NCBI GenBank assembly: GCA_964236545.1
Contig: CAXSCE010000021.1
Coordinates: 5,121 to 69,120 of the forward strand
Source: an uncultured Bryocella sp.
Lineage (GTDB): Bacteria; Acidobacteriota; Terriglobia; Terriglobales; Acidobacteriaceae
DNA: 64,000 nt
Direction: 5' to 3'
Part shown: piece after piece, positions 9,783-20,257 of the stretch
How positions within the stretch are numbered: position 1 is the first letter of the stretch
Layout: the number at the start of each line of letters is the position of its first letter
Translations under genes and position numbers: made by a program
Notes under the pieces: generated by a model
What the model saw: only the letters and a program-made list of their open reading frames with translations
The model's database searches: none
Told to the model about the DNA's origin: nothing

Positions 9783-12700
9783 ATGGCCCCCTGTTTACCC
9801 ATCCCCAGCAAGCGGGATGCCGAGCTCATGCGGAGCACGTCTTCTCCGAGCCACATTGGCGCGATGCCCCCTGCGTCGGGCGCCCCTTTCCCTGATTCCT
9901 TGTTAGACCCGCGTTTCGAGCATGATTCCTGTGGTGTGGGATTTGTGGCGACCCTGACCGGGCACGCCAGCCACGACATCGTGGAGAAAGCCCTGACGGC
10001 GCTGGCGCGACTAGCCCATCGGGGCGCGGTGGCAGCCGACGGGCTCTCCAGCGACGGTGTCGGATTGATGACGGCGATACCGCGCGCTCTGGTGTTGGGG
10101 CAAACGGGAGCCGTGTTGCCGGCGGGGGAAAAGCTGGCCGTGGGCGTGGTGTTTTTGCCGCCCGACGCCCGGCAGGCGGAAGCCGTTCTGGAACGTGCGC
10201 TCGGGGCCAATGGGACACGCGTACTGGGGTGGCGTGATGTGCCGGTGCGGACGGAGGTGCTGGGCCCGCTTGCGCGGAGCACGATGCCGGCCATCCGTCA
10301 GGTGCTGGTGGCGGACGCTGCTGAGGGGTCGGCCTCGGGTGGTTCTTTGGAGCGCCGGTTGTACCTGGCGCGCAAGGTCTTTGAGCGGGCGGTGGCGGCA
10401 GGTGAAACAACAGGGTACGTGTGTTCGCTTTCGGCGGAGGTGGTGGTCTATAAGGCAATGTGCCTGGGGCGGCTGCTGCCGGAATTCTTCCCCGATCTGC
10501 AGGACCCGGCCTATGTGACGCGATTTGCTGTATTTCATCAGCGCTACGCGACCAATACGATGCCGGCGTGGCATCGCGCGCAGCCAGGACGCAAGCTGGC
10601 GCACAACGGCGAGATCAACACGGTTTGGGGTAACCGGGCACGGATGGATGCGCGCGAGGCGACGCTACCGGAGGAGTGCAAACCGATCCTGACGGCGGAT
10701 GGAACGGATTCGACGAGCCTGGATGAAGCGTCCGAACTGATTTCGCAAAATGGGCGGACGCTGGCGGAAAGTGTGCGGATGCTGTTGCCGCCGGCAACGG
10801 CGAACCGGGTGTCACCGTTTCTGCGATACCACGCGGATTGCTGCGAGCCGTGGGATGGACCGGCAGCGATCGCATTTGCAGACGGGCATGTGGTCGGCGC
10901 GGCACTGGACCGGAACGGTTTGCGGCCCTCCCGGTATGCGCGGACAGAGGGTGGGCTGATCGTGGCCGGTTCCGAGGCCGGGTTGGTGGATCTGGATCCG
11001 GAGCAGGTGGTGGAGAGCGGACGGCTGGGGCCGGGGCAGATGCTCGTGGTGGACCTGGAGGCCGGGCGTTTGCTGCACAACGAGGAACTGCTGGATGCCT
11101 TCGACGCCAACGCGACCTATGCGACCTTGCTTGAGGATGCAACGCTGCTGCCGTTGGCGGCAGCGACCGCTGATGAGTATCGAGCTGTAAGCGGTGGAGC
11201 TTCGATTGGGGCCGGCGACGTAACAGCGCTGCAGCGGGGGTTCGGGTACACGAAGGAAGATCTGAACCTGATCCTAAAGCCGATGGCGGCCGGCGGCAAA
11301 GATGCGGTGTGGTCGATGGGGGATGATACCCCGCTGGCGTTTCTGGCGAAGAGTCCGCGGCCGCTATACCACTACTTTCGGCAGCGGTTTGCGCAGGTGA
11401 CGAACCCGGCGATCGATCCGCTTCGCGAGGCGGTGGTGGTTTCGCTGCATACGCGACTGGGGCCGTGGCCGCACCTGCTGAACACGCATGCGCCGCTGCC
11501 GGGCATCAGTCTGCCTTCGCCGTTTCTATCGCTGGGGCAGATGGAGGCTTTGCGGGCGGGGGCATACCCCCATGCGGATACCTTGGCGTTTGCAGAGGTA
11601 GCCTGTTTGTTCGACGCGGCAGAGACGCTGGAAGAGGCGATCGCGGCACTTGGCGAGCGGGCAAAGGCGGCGGTTATGGCGGGGACCAAGCTCCTGCTGT
11701 TGACCGATCGCGGGGCCAGCGCGACGACGTTGCCGATCCCCATGGCGATGGCCGTGGGCGCGGTGAATGCGGCGTTGACGGTCGCCGGGTTGCGCACGCG
11801 TTGCGGGCTGGCGGTCGAGGCGGGGGATTGCCGCGATCTGCACCATGCAGCGGTGCTGATCGGGTATGGCGCGGGGGCGGTCTGCCCGTGGCTGATGTTT
11901 GAGACGGCAAAAACGCTGGAGCCGGAGGGGGCGGACGGCGAAGCGATGACTGTGAAGGCGCTGGAGGCGGGGCTGGCCAAGGTGATGTCCAAAATGGGCA
12001 TCAGCGTGGTGGATAGCTACCGTTCGGCGCACCTGTTTGACGTTCTGGGGCTGCATGCTTCCGTGGTGGATCGCTGTTTTCCGGGCACACCGGCGCCGTT
12101 ATCGGGTATCGGTTTCGCGGAGATCGAGCGGAGGGTGCGGGCGAGCTGGGAGGCGGCTGTTGCGCCAGCTGCAGGCGAGGCTGTGGTGACACAGAAGGTG
12201 GATTTACCTGACTTTGGGTGGGTGCGTTTTCGGAAGTCGGATGGCAGCGAACCGCACCAGTGGCAGCCGCCGACGGTGAAGGCGCTGCAGACAACAGTGG
12301 GAAGTGCCCGCAACATTGCCAATGCGGTCGATCCGGCGGCGGGGTTTGCGATCTTTTCGCGAGATACCGACGTACACGAGCCGGTGCGTCTGCGGGACCT
12401 TTTGGAGGTTCGTCCCGCCGCGGCCGAACTGCACGTGGTGGAGCCGGTGGATTCACTGGTTAAGCGGTTTGTGGCGAGTGCGATGTCGCTCGGATCGCTT
12501 AGTCCGGAGGCGCACCAGACTGTGACGGCGGCGATGAACATGATGGGCGCGCGATCGAATACGGGTGAAGGCGGAGAGGATCCGGCGGTGTATCGGCCGG
12601 CTGAGGTCCAGGGCTTCCGGATGCCGGCGGATGGCGGTGGGGAGATGTCTGCGGCCTATGCGGGCAGCGCAGCTGCGACGGCGGTGGCCGAGATCACCAG

Positions 12701-14408
12701 TGCGCCGGCGGTGCATGTAAGCCTGAACAACAAGATCAAGCAGGTGGCTTCGGGTCGGTTCGGGGTAACGGCGGAGTACCTGGCGCACGCCGAGGAGATC
12801 GAGATCAAGGTGGCGCAGGGGGCCAAGCCCGGCGAGGGCGGGCAGTTGCCAGGGCACAAGGTCACCGGGCTGATTGCGCGGCTGCGCCATGCGCAGCCGG
12901 GGGTGAGTTTGATTTCGCCTCCGCCGCACCATGACATTTACTCGATTGAGGACCTGGCGCAGCTGATCTATGACCTGAAACGGGTGAATCCGCGGGCGCC
13001 AGTGGGCGTAAAGCTGGTGTCGAGCTTCGGCGTGGGAACCGTGGCGGCAGGTGTGGCGAAGGCGTATGCGGATTATGTGGTCATCGCGGGAAATTCGGGC
13101 GGCACGGGCGCGGCGGCGTTGAGTTCGATCAAATATGTGGGGTCGCCTTGGGAGCTGGGCGTGGCGGAGGCGCAACAGGCGCTGCGCGCCAATGGGATGC
13201 GCGGACGGGTGCGGCTGCGGGCCGATGGCGGCCTGGCCACGGCGCGCGATGTGCTGATCGCGGCGCTGCTGGGAGCTGATGAGTTCGGCTTTGGGACGGC
13301 GGTGCTGGTAAGCCTGGGCTGTGACATGGCGCGACAATGCCACCTGAACACGTGTCCGGTGGGTATTGCGACGCAGAAGCCGGAGTTGCGGGCCAAGTTT
13401 CGCGGCAGGCCGGAACATGTGGTGATTTTCTTCCGGGAGTTGGCGGCGGATCTGCAGCGGCTGCTGGCCAAATTCGGTCTACCGTCGCTGGAGTCGGCGA
13501 TCGGGCGTGTGGATCTGCTGGAGCAGGTGCGCGCAGGCGGCGATCTGGATTTGACGCCCATGCTGGCGGGCGTTGGGGAGGGTCCGCGGCACTGGATGGG
13601 CGAACGCAACAACCGGCCGGGCGAAGATGACCGATTGGACGAAGGGTGGACCGAACCCGCGATGGCGGCAGTGCGGGCCGGCAAGGCTTATTCGGTGAAG
13701 TCGACGATTGCGAATGCGCACCGGTCGGTGGGGGCGCGGTTGTCGGGTGAGCTAGCGGTGGCGCGGGCGGCGGGTCTGGTGGACGACACCGATGTGCGGT
13801 TTGAGCTCGAGGGCGTGGCGGGGCAGTCGTTTGGGGCTTTTGCGAGTGCGGGGATGACGCTGCAACTTTCCGGGCTGGCGAATGACTTTGTCGGCAAGGG
13901 GCTGTGCGGGGCGGATCTGGTGCTGCGCGCGGTGGGCCGGGCGGCGCGGAACAGCCAGGAACATTCTCTGCTGGGCAATGTAGCGTTGTACGGAGCCACG
14001 GCTGGACGGCTGTTTGCGGCGGGGCGCGCGGGCGAGCGGTTTGCGGTGCGAAACTCGGGTGCGACGGCGGTGGTGGAAGGTATCGGTGACCATGGGTGCG
14101 AGTACATGACGGGCGGCACGGTGATTATTCTGGGCGAGATCGGCATTAATTTCGGCGCCGGCATGACGGGCGGCACGGCGTGGGTCTTCGACGAGGACGG
14201 CGATGTGCTCGGGCGGCAGCGATACCACGCGGAGTTTTTGGAGGCGACGCCCTTCGAGGACTGCACGGCAGAGCAGAGAGCCGACCTTTGCGGGCTGTTG
14301 GAAACGCACGTGCAGCTGGCAGAGAGTCAGCGCGCCGCGTGGATGCTGGGGGACTGGGCCAGGCTGGCGGAGCGCTTTGTGTTGTTCACGCCGAAGCCTC
14401 AGGCTTGA
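9783..14408 (+). CDS. gltB: Glutamate synthase large subunit (start uncertain: 9783, 9828 or 9864)
   Basis: EHDSCGVGF (Ntn cysteine), HQRYATNT, NTGEGGE, IKQVASGRFGV, QGAKPGEGGQL, CDMARQCHLNTCPVG (3Fe-4S) and C-terminal GXGXG repeats. Confidence 0.97.
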   Translation: MAPCLPIPSKRDAELMRSTSSPSHIGAMPPASGAPFPDSLLDPRFEHDSCGVGFVATLTGHASHDIVEKALTALARLAHRGAVAADGLSSDGVGLMTAIPRALVLGQTGAVLPAGEKLAVGVVFLPPDARQAEAVLERALGANGTRVLGWRDVPVRTEVLGPLARSTMPAIRQVLVADAAEGSASGGSLERRLYLARKVFERAVAAGETTGYVCSLSAEVVVYKAMCLGRLLPEFFPDLQDPAYVTRFAVFHQRYATNTMPAWHRAQPGRKLAHNGEINTVWGNRARMDAREATLPEECKPILTADGTDSTSLDEASELISQNGRTLAESVRMLLPPATANRVSPFLRYHADCCEPWDGPAAIAFADGHVVGAALDRNGLRPSRYARTEGGLIVAGSEAGLVDLDPEQVVESGRLGPGQMLVVDLEAGRLLHNEELLDAFDANATYATLLEDATLLPLAAATADEYRAVSGGASIGAGDVTALQRGFGYTKEDLNLILKPMAAGGKDAVWSMGDDTPLAFLAKSPRPLYHYFRQRFAQVTNPAIDPLREAVVVSLHTRLGPWPHLLNTHAPLPGISLPSPFLSLGQMEALRAGAYPHADTLAFAEVACLFDAAETLEEAIAALGERAKAAVMAGTKLLLLTDRGASATTLPIPMAMAVGAVNAALTVAGLRTRCGLAVEAGDCRDLHHAAVLIGYGAGAVCPWLMFETAKTLEPEGADGEAMTVKALEAGLAKVMSKMGISVVDSYRSAHLFDVLGLHASVVDRCFPGTPAPLSGIGFAEIERRVRASWEAAVAPAAGEAVVTQKVDLPDFGWVRFRKSDGSEPHQWQPPTVKALQTTVGSARNIANAVDPAAGFAIFSRDTDVHEPVRLRDLLEVRPAAAELHVVEPVDSLVKRFVASAMSLGSLSPEAHQTVTAAMNMMGARSNTGEGGEDPAVYRPAEVQGFRMPADGGGEMSAAYAGSAAATAVAEITSAPAVHVSLNNKIKQVASGRFGVTAEYLAHAEEIEIKVAQGAKPGEGGQLPGHKVTGLIARLRHAQPGVSLISPPPHHDIYSIEDLAQLIYDLKRVNPRAPVGVKLVSSFGVGTVAAGVAKAYADYVVIAGNSGGTGAAALSSIKYVGSPWELGVAEAQQALRANGMRGRVRLRADGGLATARDVLIAALLGADEFGFGTAVLVSLGCDMARQCHLNTCPVGIATQKPELRAKFRGRPEHVVIFFRELAADLQRLLAKFGLPSLESAIGRVDLLEQVRAGGDLDLTPMLAGVGEGPRHWMGERNNRPGEDDRLDEGWTEPAMAAVRAGKAYSVKSTIANAHRSVGARLSGELAVARAAGLVDDTDVRFELEGVAGQSFGAFASAGMTLQLSGLANDFVGKGLCGADLVLRAVGRAARNSQEHSLLGNVALYGATAGRLFAAGRAGERFAVRNSGATAVVEGIGDHGCEYMTGGTVIILGEIGINFGAGMTGGTAWVFDEDGDVLGRQRYHAEFLEATPFEDCTAEQRADLCGLLETHVQLAESQRAAWMLGDWARLAERFVLFTPKPQA

Positions 14409-14544
14409 GTGCTTCATTTTGAAACAGAACAACGAGCGCCATGCAACGCGGGTGGGAGGGTCTTCGCCCTTCTAACCCGTGTAGCATGGGGCTGTCGTTG
14501 CGAGAGGCTGCTTTTGAGTGCGGGGATTCTGAGTGCGGGGACCG

Positions 14545-15543
14545 ATGCCTAGACCCATCATTGTGACTGGCGCGGCTGGCTTTATCGGCCGGAATACGGT
14601 GGCTGAGTTAAACCGCCGGGGTGAAGACGAGTTGATCCTTGTCGATGAGCTGGGCAAAGAGGAAAAGTGGAAAAATCTGATCGGCCTGCGCTACGAGGAC
14701 ATCGTTTCACCTGAAGAGTTTCTGGGACTGATCGAGGATGGGACCTTTGCCGAGGCGCGCGCGGTCATTCATCTGGGCGCGTGCAGTGCAACCACCGAGC
14801 GGGATGCGAATTTTCTGCTGCGGAACAACTACCAGTACACGAGGGTGCTCTGTAATTGGGCGCTCGGCAATGGAGTGCGGTGTGTATATGCCTCCAGTGC
14901 GGCGACCTATGGCGATGGTGCCGAGGGCTACCACGATGATGACGCGGTCACGCCCACGCTGAAGCCGTTGAATATGTACGGGTACTCAAAACACATGTTC
15001 GATCTTTGGGCATTGAAGCATCAGCTGTTTGATGGGGGCGAAGGCGGCAACATCGTTGGGCTGAAGTATTTCAATGTATTTGGGCCATACGAGGATCACA
15101 AGGGCGATATGCGCTCGGTGGTGGCGAAAAGCTTTGAGCAGATCCGTGACACGGGAAAGGTGCAGCTTTTCAAAAGCTATCGGCCGGAGTTTGCCGATGG
15201 CGGCCAGAAGCGGGATTTTATCTCCGTGGGTGATGCCGTGGATGTTACCTTGCACTTCGCCCTGCAGGAGGCCGAAGCGCCGGGTGGCTTGTTCAACTGC
15301 GGAACGGGGCAGGCGCATACCTGGGTGGAGTTGGTAACACCCGTCTTTGAAGCCATGGGAGTTTCCCCGACAATCGACTTTATCGAGATGCCTGAAACCT
15401 TGCGGGGAAAATACCAGTACTTTACCGAGAGTAATGTGGAGAAGCTTCGTACGGCAGGGTATACAACGCCGTTCACTCCGCTGGCTGCGGCAGTGAAGGA
15501 GTATGTGACGGAGTACCTGTTGCCACGGGCGAGGCTGCCCTGA
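14545..15543 (+). CDS. hldD: ADP-L-glycero-D-manno-heptose 6-epimerase
   Basis: IIVTGAAGFIG, HLGACSATTE, YASSAATYG, YGYSK, LKYFNVFGPYEDHKGDMRSVV. Confidence 0.93.
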   Translation: MPRPIIVTGAAGFIGRNTVAELNRRGEDELILVDELGKEEKWKNLIGLRYEDIVSPEEFLGLIEDGTFAEARAVIHLGACSATTERDANFLLRNNYQYTRVLCNWALGNGVRCVYASSAATYGDGAEGYHDDDAVTPTLKPLNMYGYSKHMFDLWALKHQLFDGGEGGNIVGLKYFNVFGPYEDHKGDMRSVVAKSFEQIRDTGKVQLFKSYRPEFADGGQKRDFISVGDAVDVTLHFALQEAEAPGGLFNCGTGQAHTWVELVTPVFEAMGVSPTIDFIEMPETLRGKYQYFTESNVEKLRTAGYTTPFTPLAAAVKEYVTEYLLPRARLP

Positions 15544-15771
15544 GTGTCATAACTGCGCATCGCGTGGAAAGATGCGCATTGTGTAGAACCGCAAGCTGCT
15601 AGGGATTTGACGTGCGAGCAGATTAGAAGCGTGCAGTCGCAGGTGCATTGAGCCAAGGAGTTAGGGGTTCTGGCGTCCGTGCTGCTCGGTTAGGGTGTCT
15701 GTATGGGGGCTCCGGATGTCGCTGTCGCGACTGGCACAGCACCGGAGATGAAGGCGCGTATGCTGGAATCG

Positions 15772-16308
15772 ATGTCTTCGCTGGTTGTAATCTACCCGGG
15801 CAGCTTCGATCCGTTGACGAATGGTCATCTAGACCTGATCGCGCGCGGAGCCAAGCTGGCCGACGAGTTGGTGATCGCGGTGTTGCGGAATACAGCCAAG
15901 CCGGATCCGTTGTTCAGCGTGGGGGAGCGGGAAGAGATGTTGCGCGAAGCCACGGAGAAATGGAACAACGTATTCGTCGCCTCGTTTGATGGACTGTTGG
16001 TGGACTTCGCGCGAGCACGGCAGGCACGGGCGGTGCTGCGGGGCATTCGGGCAATTTCGGATTACGAATATGAGCTGCAGATGGCGATGATGAATCGCAA
16101 GCTGGCCCCGGAGATTGAGACGGTGTTCCTGATGCCGGCAGAGAAGTACACCTATGTGAGCTCACGGCTGATCAAGGGGGTGGCCAAGCTGGGTGGCGAT
16201 GTGCGAGATTTGGTGCCGCCCAACGTGCATGCACGGCTCATGGAGCGGACGGAGCGGAACACAACAGCTTCCGTGCCCGAACCGACATCTGCGACACTGA
16301 ACGCATGA
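15772..16308 (+). CDS. coaD: Phosphopantetheine adenylyltransferase (start could be up to 15703)
   Basis: IYPGSFDPLTNGHLDLI, RGIRAISDYEYE, YVSSRLIK. Confidence 0.96.
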   Translation: MSSLVVIYPGSFDPLTNGHLDLIARGAKLADELVIAVLRNTAKPDPLFSVGEREEMLREATEKWNNVFVASFDGLLVDFARARQARAVLRGIRAISDYEYELQMAMMNRKLAPEIETVFLMPAEKYTYVSSRLIKGVAKLGGDVRDLVPPNVHARLMERTERNTTASVPEPTSATLNA

Positions 16309-17498
16309 GCTTCCCAGGCAAAAAGATATTTTCCGACAGGATTAACCGCATCGAGGTTTCGGCCACGATGGCGATCACGGCGGAGTCGCTGAAAATGAAG
16401 GCTGCCGGTATCGACATGGCCGATTTTGGCGCGGGCGAGCCGCATTTTTCAACCCCGCAGCACATCAAGGACGCAGCTATCGCAGCGATCCAGAACAACA
16501 TTACACGCTACACAGCGGTGGCAGGTGTGCCGCAGATCCGGCAGGCCATCGTGGACCGGCACGCGGCGGATTTCGGATCTGCTTATGCAGCGGATGAGTG
16601 CGTGTTCACCACCGGTGGCAAGCTGGCCCTGTTCAATGCGATGGAGGTCTTGGTCGATCACGGCGACGAGGTCATCCTGCCGGTACCGTATTGGGTAAGT
16701 TACAAGGACATCATTCAGTATGCCGGGGGCACGCCGGTGTATGTCCAGACTAATGAGGCGGAGAACTTCCGTTTGACGGCGGCCATGGTGGAGGCGGCGA
16801 TCACGCCAAAGACGAAGGCGATTGTGATGAATACACCGTCGAATCCATCGGGCGCGGTCATGAGCGCGGCGGATCTTGAAGCGATCGTGCGCATGGCGCA
16901 TCAACGCGGGATCTATCTGCTGCTGGATGAGTGCTATGTATATCTGACCTTTGCGGGGCAGCCGATCAGTGCGGGTTCATTTACAGACTGCAAGGAGCAC
17001 ATGATCATCCTGGGTTCGCTCTCGAAGACGTATGCGATGACGGGTTGGCGCGCGGGATTTGCCTTGGGACCAAGGCCCATCATTGCGGCGATGGGCAAAC
17101 TGCAATCGCAGTCGACATCGAATACGGCGAGCATGGTGCAGCAGGCGTCCATTGCAGCCGTGACGGGATCCCAGGCGTGTGTGGCGGCGATGAACGCGGA
17201 TTACCAGGGCCTGCGCGACCGGGTGCTGGAGGGATTCAAAACGATACCGGGGCTGACCTGCACGGTGCCGGAAGGTGCATTTTATGTGTACCCGAACGTA
17301 AAGGCATTTCTGGGTAAGAGCGGGATCGGCACGCCAACGGCTCTCGCGGCGAAGCTGCTGACGGAGGCGCACGTGGTGACCGTGCCGGGCGAAGCGTTTG
17401 GCACAGCGGAACACATCCGGCTGTCATATGCGGTGGCGCCGGAGGTGATCGACAAGGGAATAGAGCGGCTGCGGGCCTTTCTGACGCCCTTGGGTTAG
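16305..17498 (+). CDS. Class I/II PLP aminotransferase (aspartate aminotransferase-like)
   Basis: GAGEPHF, NTPSNPSG, LDECY, SLSKTYAMTGWRAG; ATGA overlap with coaD. Confidence 0.92.
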   Translation: MSFPGKKIFSDRINRIEVSATMAITAESLKMKAAGIDMADFGAGEPHFSTPQHIKDAAIAAIQNNITRYTAVAGVPQIRQAIVDRHAADFGSAYAADECVFTTGGKLALFNAMEVLVDHGDEVILPVPYWVSYKDIIQYAGGTPVYVQTNEAENFRLTAAMVEAAITPKTKAIVMNTPSNPSGAVMSAADLEAIVRMAHQRGIYLLLDECYVYLTFAGQPISAGSFTDCKEHMIILGSLSKTYAMTGWRAGFALGPRPIIAAMGKLQSQSTSNTASMVQQASIAAVTGSQACVAAMNADYQGLRDRVLEGFKTIPGLTCTVPEGAFYVYPNVKAFLGKSGIGTPTALAAKLLTEAHVVTVPGEAFGTAEHIRLSYAVAPEVIDKGIERLRAFLTPLG

Positions 17499-17615
17499 GG
17501 ATGGCAGGCTGTCTCGTATCGGGCAGGGCCGTGCGGGTACCGTGGCTTTCGTTACCCAAGGGAGTTACCTGGGAGACCTTGGCACGGCGTCGCAAACCGT
17601 TAAGATAGGGGACAT

Positions 17616-18764
17616 ATGCCAGTACAGGAAAACCCGAAGCCGCCGTCGTTCGCCGCCATCGTACTGGCTGGGGGAAGTGGAACACGTTTTTGGCCCCGCA
17701 GCCGCCGGGCGCGCGCCAAACAGGTGCTACAGCTGGATGGCGAAGGCACGATGATTCAAAGCACACTGGCCCGGCTGGAGGGTTTAGCCGGCGGAGAGAA
17801 TGTGTGGGTCATCAGCAATGATCTACTGGCAGCTACCATCGCCGAGCAATTGCCCGATGTGCTGCAAGAGAGACTGCTACGTGAACCCGCGGCGCGCAAC
17901 ACGGCGCCGGCGTGCGCACTGGTGGCATTCTTGCTGGAAAAAAGGGCGCCCGAGACTGTGTTGGGGGTGTTTCCCTCCGATCATGTCATCGGCGACCCGG
18001 AGCGTTTCCGTTTAGTACTGCGTGCAGGGGTGCAGGTGGCCTCGAGCGGGCCGCGGATGGTGGTCATCGGCGTCCCGCCAACACGGCCGGAGACGGGTTA
18101 CGGCTATATCGAGTTGGGCGCCGCGTCGGCCCCGGTACGGGTAGGGCCGGAGTGCATCTCGTTGTGGCGGGTCCGCCGTTTTACCGAAAAGCCTGACCAG
18201 CAACGGGCAAAGCACTTTGTTCGTGCGGGAAATTACGTTTGGAACAGCGGTATGTTCCTTTGGAGTGCGGCGACCCTGGCGGGGGCCATCCGGGAGCACA
18301 AGCCGGAGATGGCTGAGTTACTTGAAGAGATTGCGGAGGCGTGGGAGACACCGGCGTTTGAAGAAGTTTTTGCACGGCTATACCCGCAGTGCGAATCGGT
18401 TTCAATTGATTATGCGGTTCTTGAGCCACGGTCGGCAAAGGGCGAAGCTGATTCGCAGTTGTTCTGTCTGCCGGGTGATTTTGCGTGGAACGATCTGGGA
18501 TCGTGGGCGGCGCTCTACGAGCACATGGCCGAGGATGGCCTGGTGCAGAAGAGCAACGTGATGGAGTCAGATCACGGCGTGGAGATCACCTCGTCGGGCT
18601 GCTACGTGTATGCGCCGGGTAAGGCGGTAGCGCTGGTGGGTGTAAAGGACTTGGTCGTGGTGCAAACCGAGGATGCTCTGCTGATCACCACGCGTGATGG
18701 ATCGCAGGATGTGGGGAAGGTTGTGGCTGAACTGAAGAAAGCTGGACGGGAAGACCTGATCTGA
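17616..18764 (+). CDS. manC: Mannose-1-phosphate guanylyltransferase (no cupin isomerase domain)
   Basis: LAGGSGTRFWPRSR, EPAARNTAPA, PSDH, FTEKP, WNSGMF, WNDLGSW. Confidence 0.92.
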   Translation: MPVQENPKPPSFAAIVLAGGSGTRFWPRSRRARAKQVLQLDGEGTMIQSTLARLEGLAGGENVWVISNDLLAATIAEQLPDVLQERLLREPAARNTAPACALVAFLLEKRAPETVLGVFPSDHVIGDPERFRLVLRAGVQVASSGPRMVVIGVPPTRPETGYGYIELGAASAPVRVGPECISLWRVRRFTEKPDQQRAKHFVRAGNYVWNSGMFLWSAATLAGAIREHKPEMAELLEEIAEAWETPAFEEVFARLYPQCESVSIDYAVLEPRSAKGEADSQLFCLPGDFAWNDLGSWAALYEHMAEDGLVQKSNVMESDHGVEITSSGCYVYAPGKAVALVGVKDLVVVQTEDALLITTRDGSQDVGKVVAELKKAGREDLI

Positions 18765-20257
18765 TGAGCGATGCCACTATGAGTGCACAAGCTGCTGTCG
18801 CCGGCGCCGGCCTTGTAAGATTCGGAACCGATGGATGGCGCGGTATTATCGCCGACGACTTCACTTATGAGAATGTGCGCGTGGCGGCACGTGCCATCGC
18901 GCAATACGTGTTGACGGAAGAGAAGCCGGAAGCAGGGGTATGCATTGGGTATGACACCCGGTTCGGTTCGCGATCTTTCGCACGCCTCGTCGCAGAGGTT
19001 GTGTCCGAGGCGGGTATACCCGTCTTTTTTGCGAGCAGGGTAACGCCCACGCCGGAGCTTTCATATGCAGTGCGCGAGCGCGGGGCCGCAGGCGGTGTCA
19101 TGATCACCTCCAGTCATAATCCTGCCGAATGGAATGGCGTCAAATACAAAGCCCATTATGGCGGCTCAGGCAAGCCTTCCATTATTGCGAAGATCGAGAC
19201 AAACCTTTACAAGCCATTGAAAAAAGCGGTATCACCCGGACGTATCGAAGAGGTGGATTTTGCTCCTGCGTATGTGGCGGCATTGAAAAACTTTGTCGAC
19301 CTGCAGGCGATCAAAGCTTCGGGCTTTCGATTCCTTATTGACAGCATGTACGGAGCGGGCCAGGGATATCTTGCGGCCATCTTCGATGAGGCGGGGATCC
19401 CTTACGTGGCCATTCGAAACGAGGTGAACCCGGCCTTTCCGGGTATTAATCCGGAACCGATTCTGCCGCACATTGCCCTGAGCCAGAAGATGGTCGTGGA
19501 GTGTCATTGTGACGCGGGCATGATCACGGATGGAGACGCCGATCGCATTGGTGCCGTGGATGAGCACGGCAATGTGGTGGACGCACACAAGATCTTCGCG
19601 ATTCTGCTGCAATGGCTTTTAACCCGTAAGAATTGGCCGGGTGGCGTCACGCGCGCGTTCAATACGACGAAGATGCTGGACCGGATCGCCGCAAAGTACG
19701 GGCGCACGCTGCACGAGCACGGGATCGGTTTCAAATACGTGTGTGACTTAATGTTGGAGCAAGACATCCTCATCGGGGGCGAAGAGTCGGGCGGGGTTGG
19801 CATCAGCCGTCATCTGCCGGAGCGTGATGGGTTGTTGAACAGCCTGCTGCTGGGCAATGTGATGGCCGACGAGGGAAAGACGCTGGGCCAGTTGGTGGCG
19901 GCGCTACAGCAGGAGTACGGTGAACACCAGTATGGACGCATCGATATGCACATTACGGAAGAGTTAAAACAGGGAGCAATTACACGAGCGAGCAGCGGCA
20001 TAACCGAGATTGCGGGGCGACGCGTGTTGCGGACCGAAAACCTAGACGGTATCAAGTTCTATCTTGAAGAGAAGACGTGTACGGATAAGGTGCATGCGGC
20101 CGAAACCTGGCTGCTCCTACGCGCGAGCGGAACGGAGCCGCTCTTACGCGTCTACTGTGAAAGCTGCAGCGTGGAGAGTGTGGAATCTATCCTGGCTGGG
20201 GCGAGGGACTTTGTTCTGGCAGGCGAGAGAAGTTCGACAAGTGAGCTCCATGGATGA
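18764..20257 (+). CDS. Phosphoglucomutase/phosphomannomutase family protein
   Basis: FGTDGWRG, ITSSHNP, DGDADR, GGEESGG, RASGTEP. Confidence 0.93.
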   Translation: MSDATMSAQAAVAGAGLVRFGTDGWRGIIADDFTYENVRVAARAIAQYVLTEEKPEAGVCIGYDTRFGSRSFARLVAEVVSEAGIPVFFASRVTPTPELSYAVRERGAAGGVMITSSHNPAEWNGVKYKAHYGGSGKPSIIAKIETNLYKPLKKAVSPGRIEEVDFAPAYVAALKNFVDLQAIKASGFRFLIDSMYGAGQGYLAAIFDEAGIPYVAIRNEVNPAFPGINPEPILPHIALSQKMVVECHCDAGMITDGDADRIGAVDEHGNVVDAHKIFAILLQWLLTRKNWPGGVTRAFNTTKMLDRIAAKYGRTLHEHGIGFKYVCDLMLEQDILIGGEESGGVGISRHLPERDGLLNSLLLGNVMADEGKTLGQLVAALQQEYGEHQYGRIDMHITEELKQGAITRASSGITEIAGRRVLRTENLDGIKFYLEEKTCTDKVHAAETWLLLRASGTEPLLRVYCESCSVESVESILAGARDFVLAGERSSTSELHG

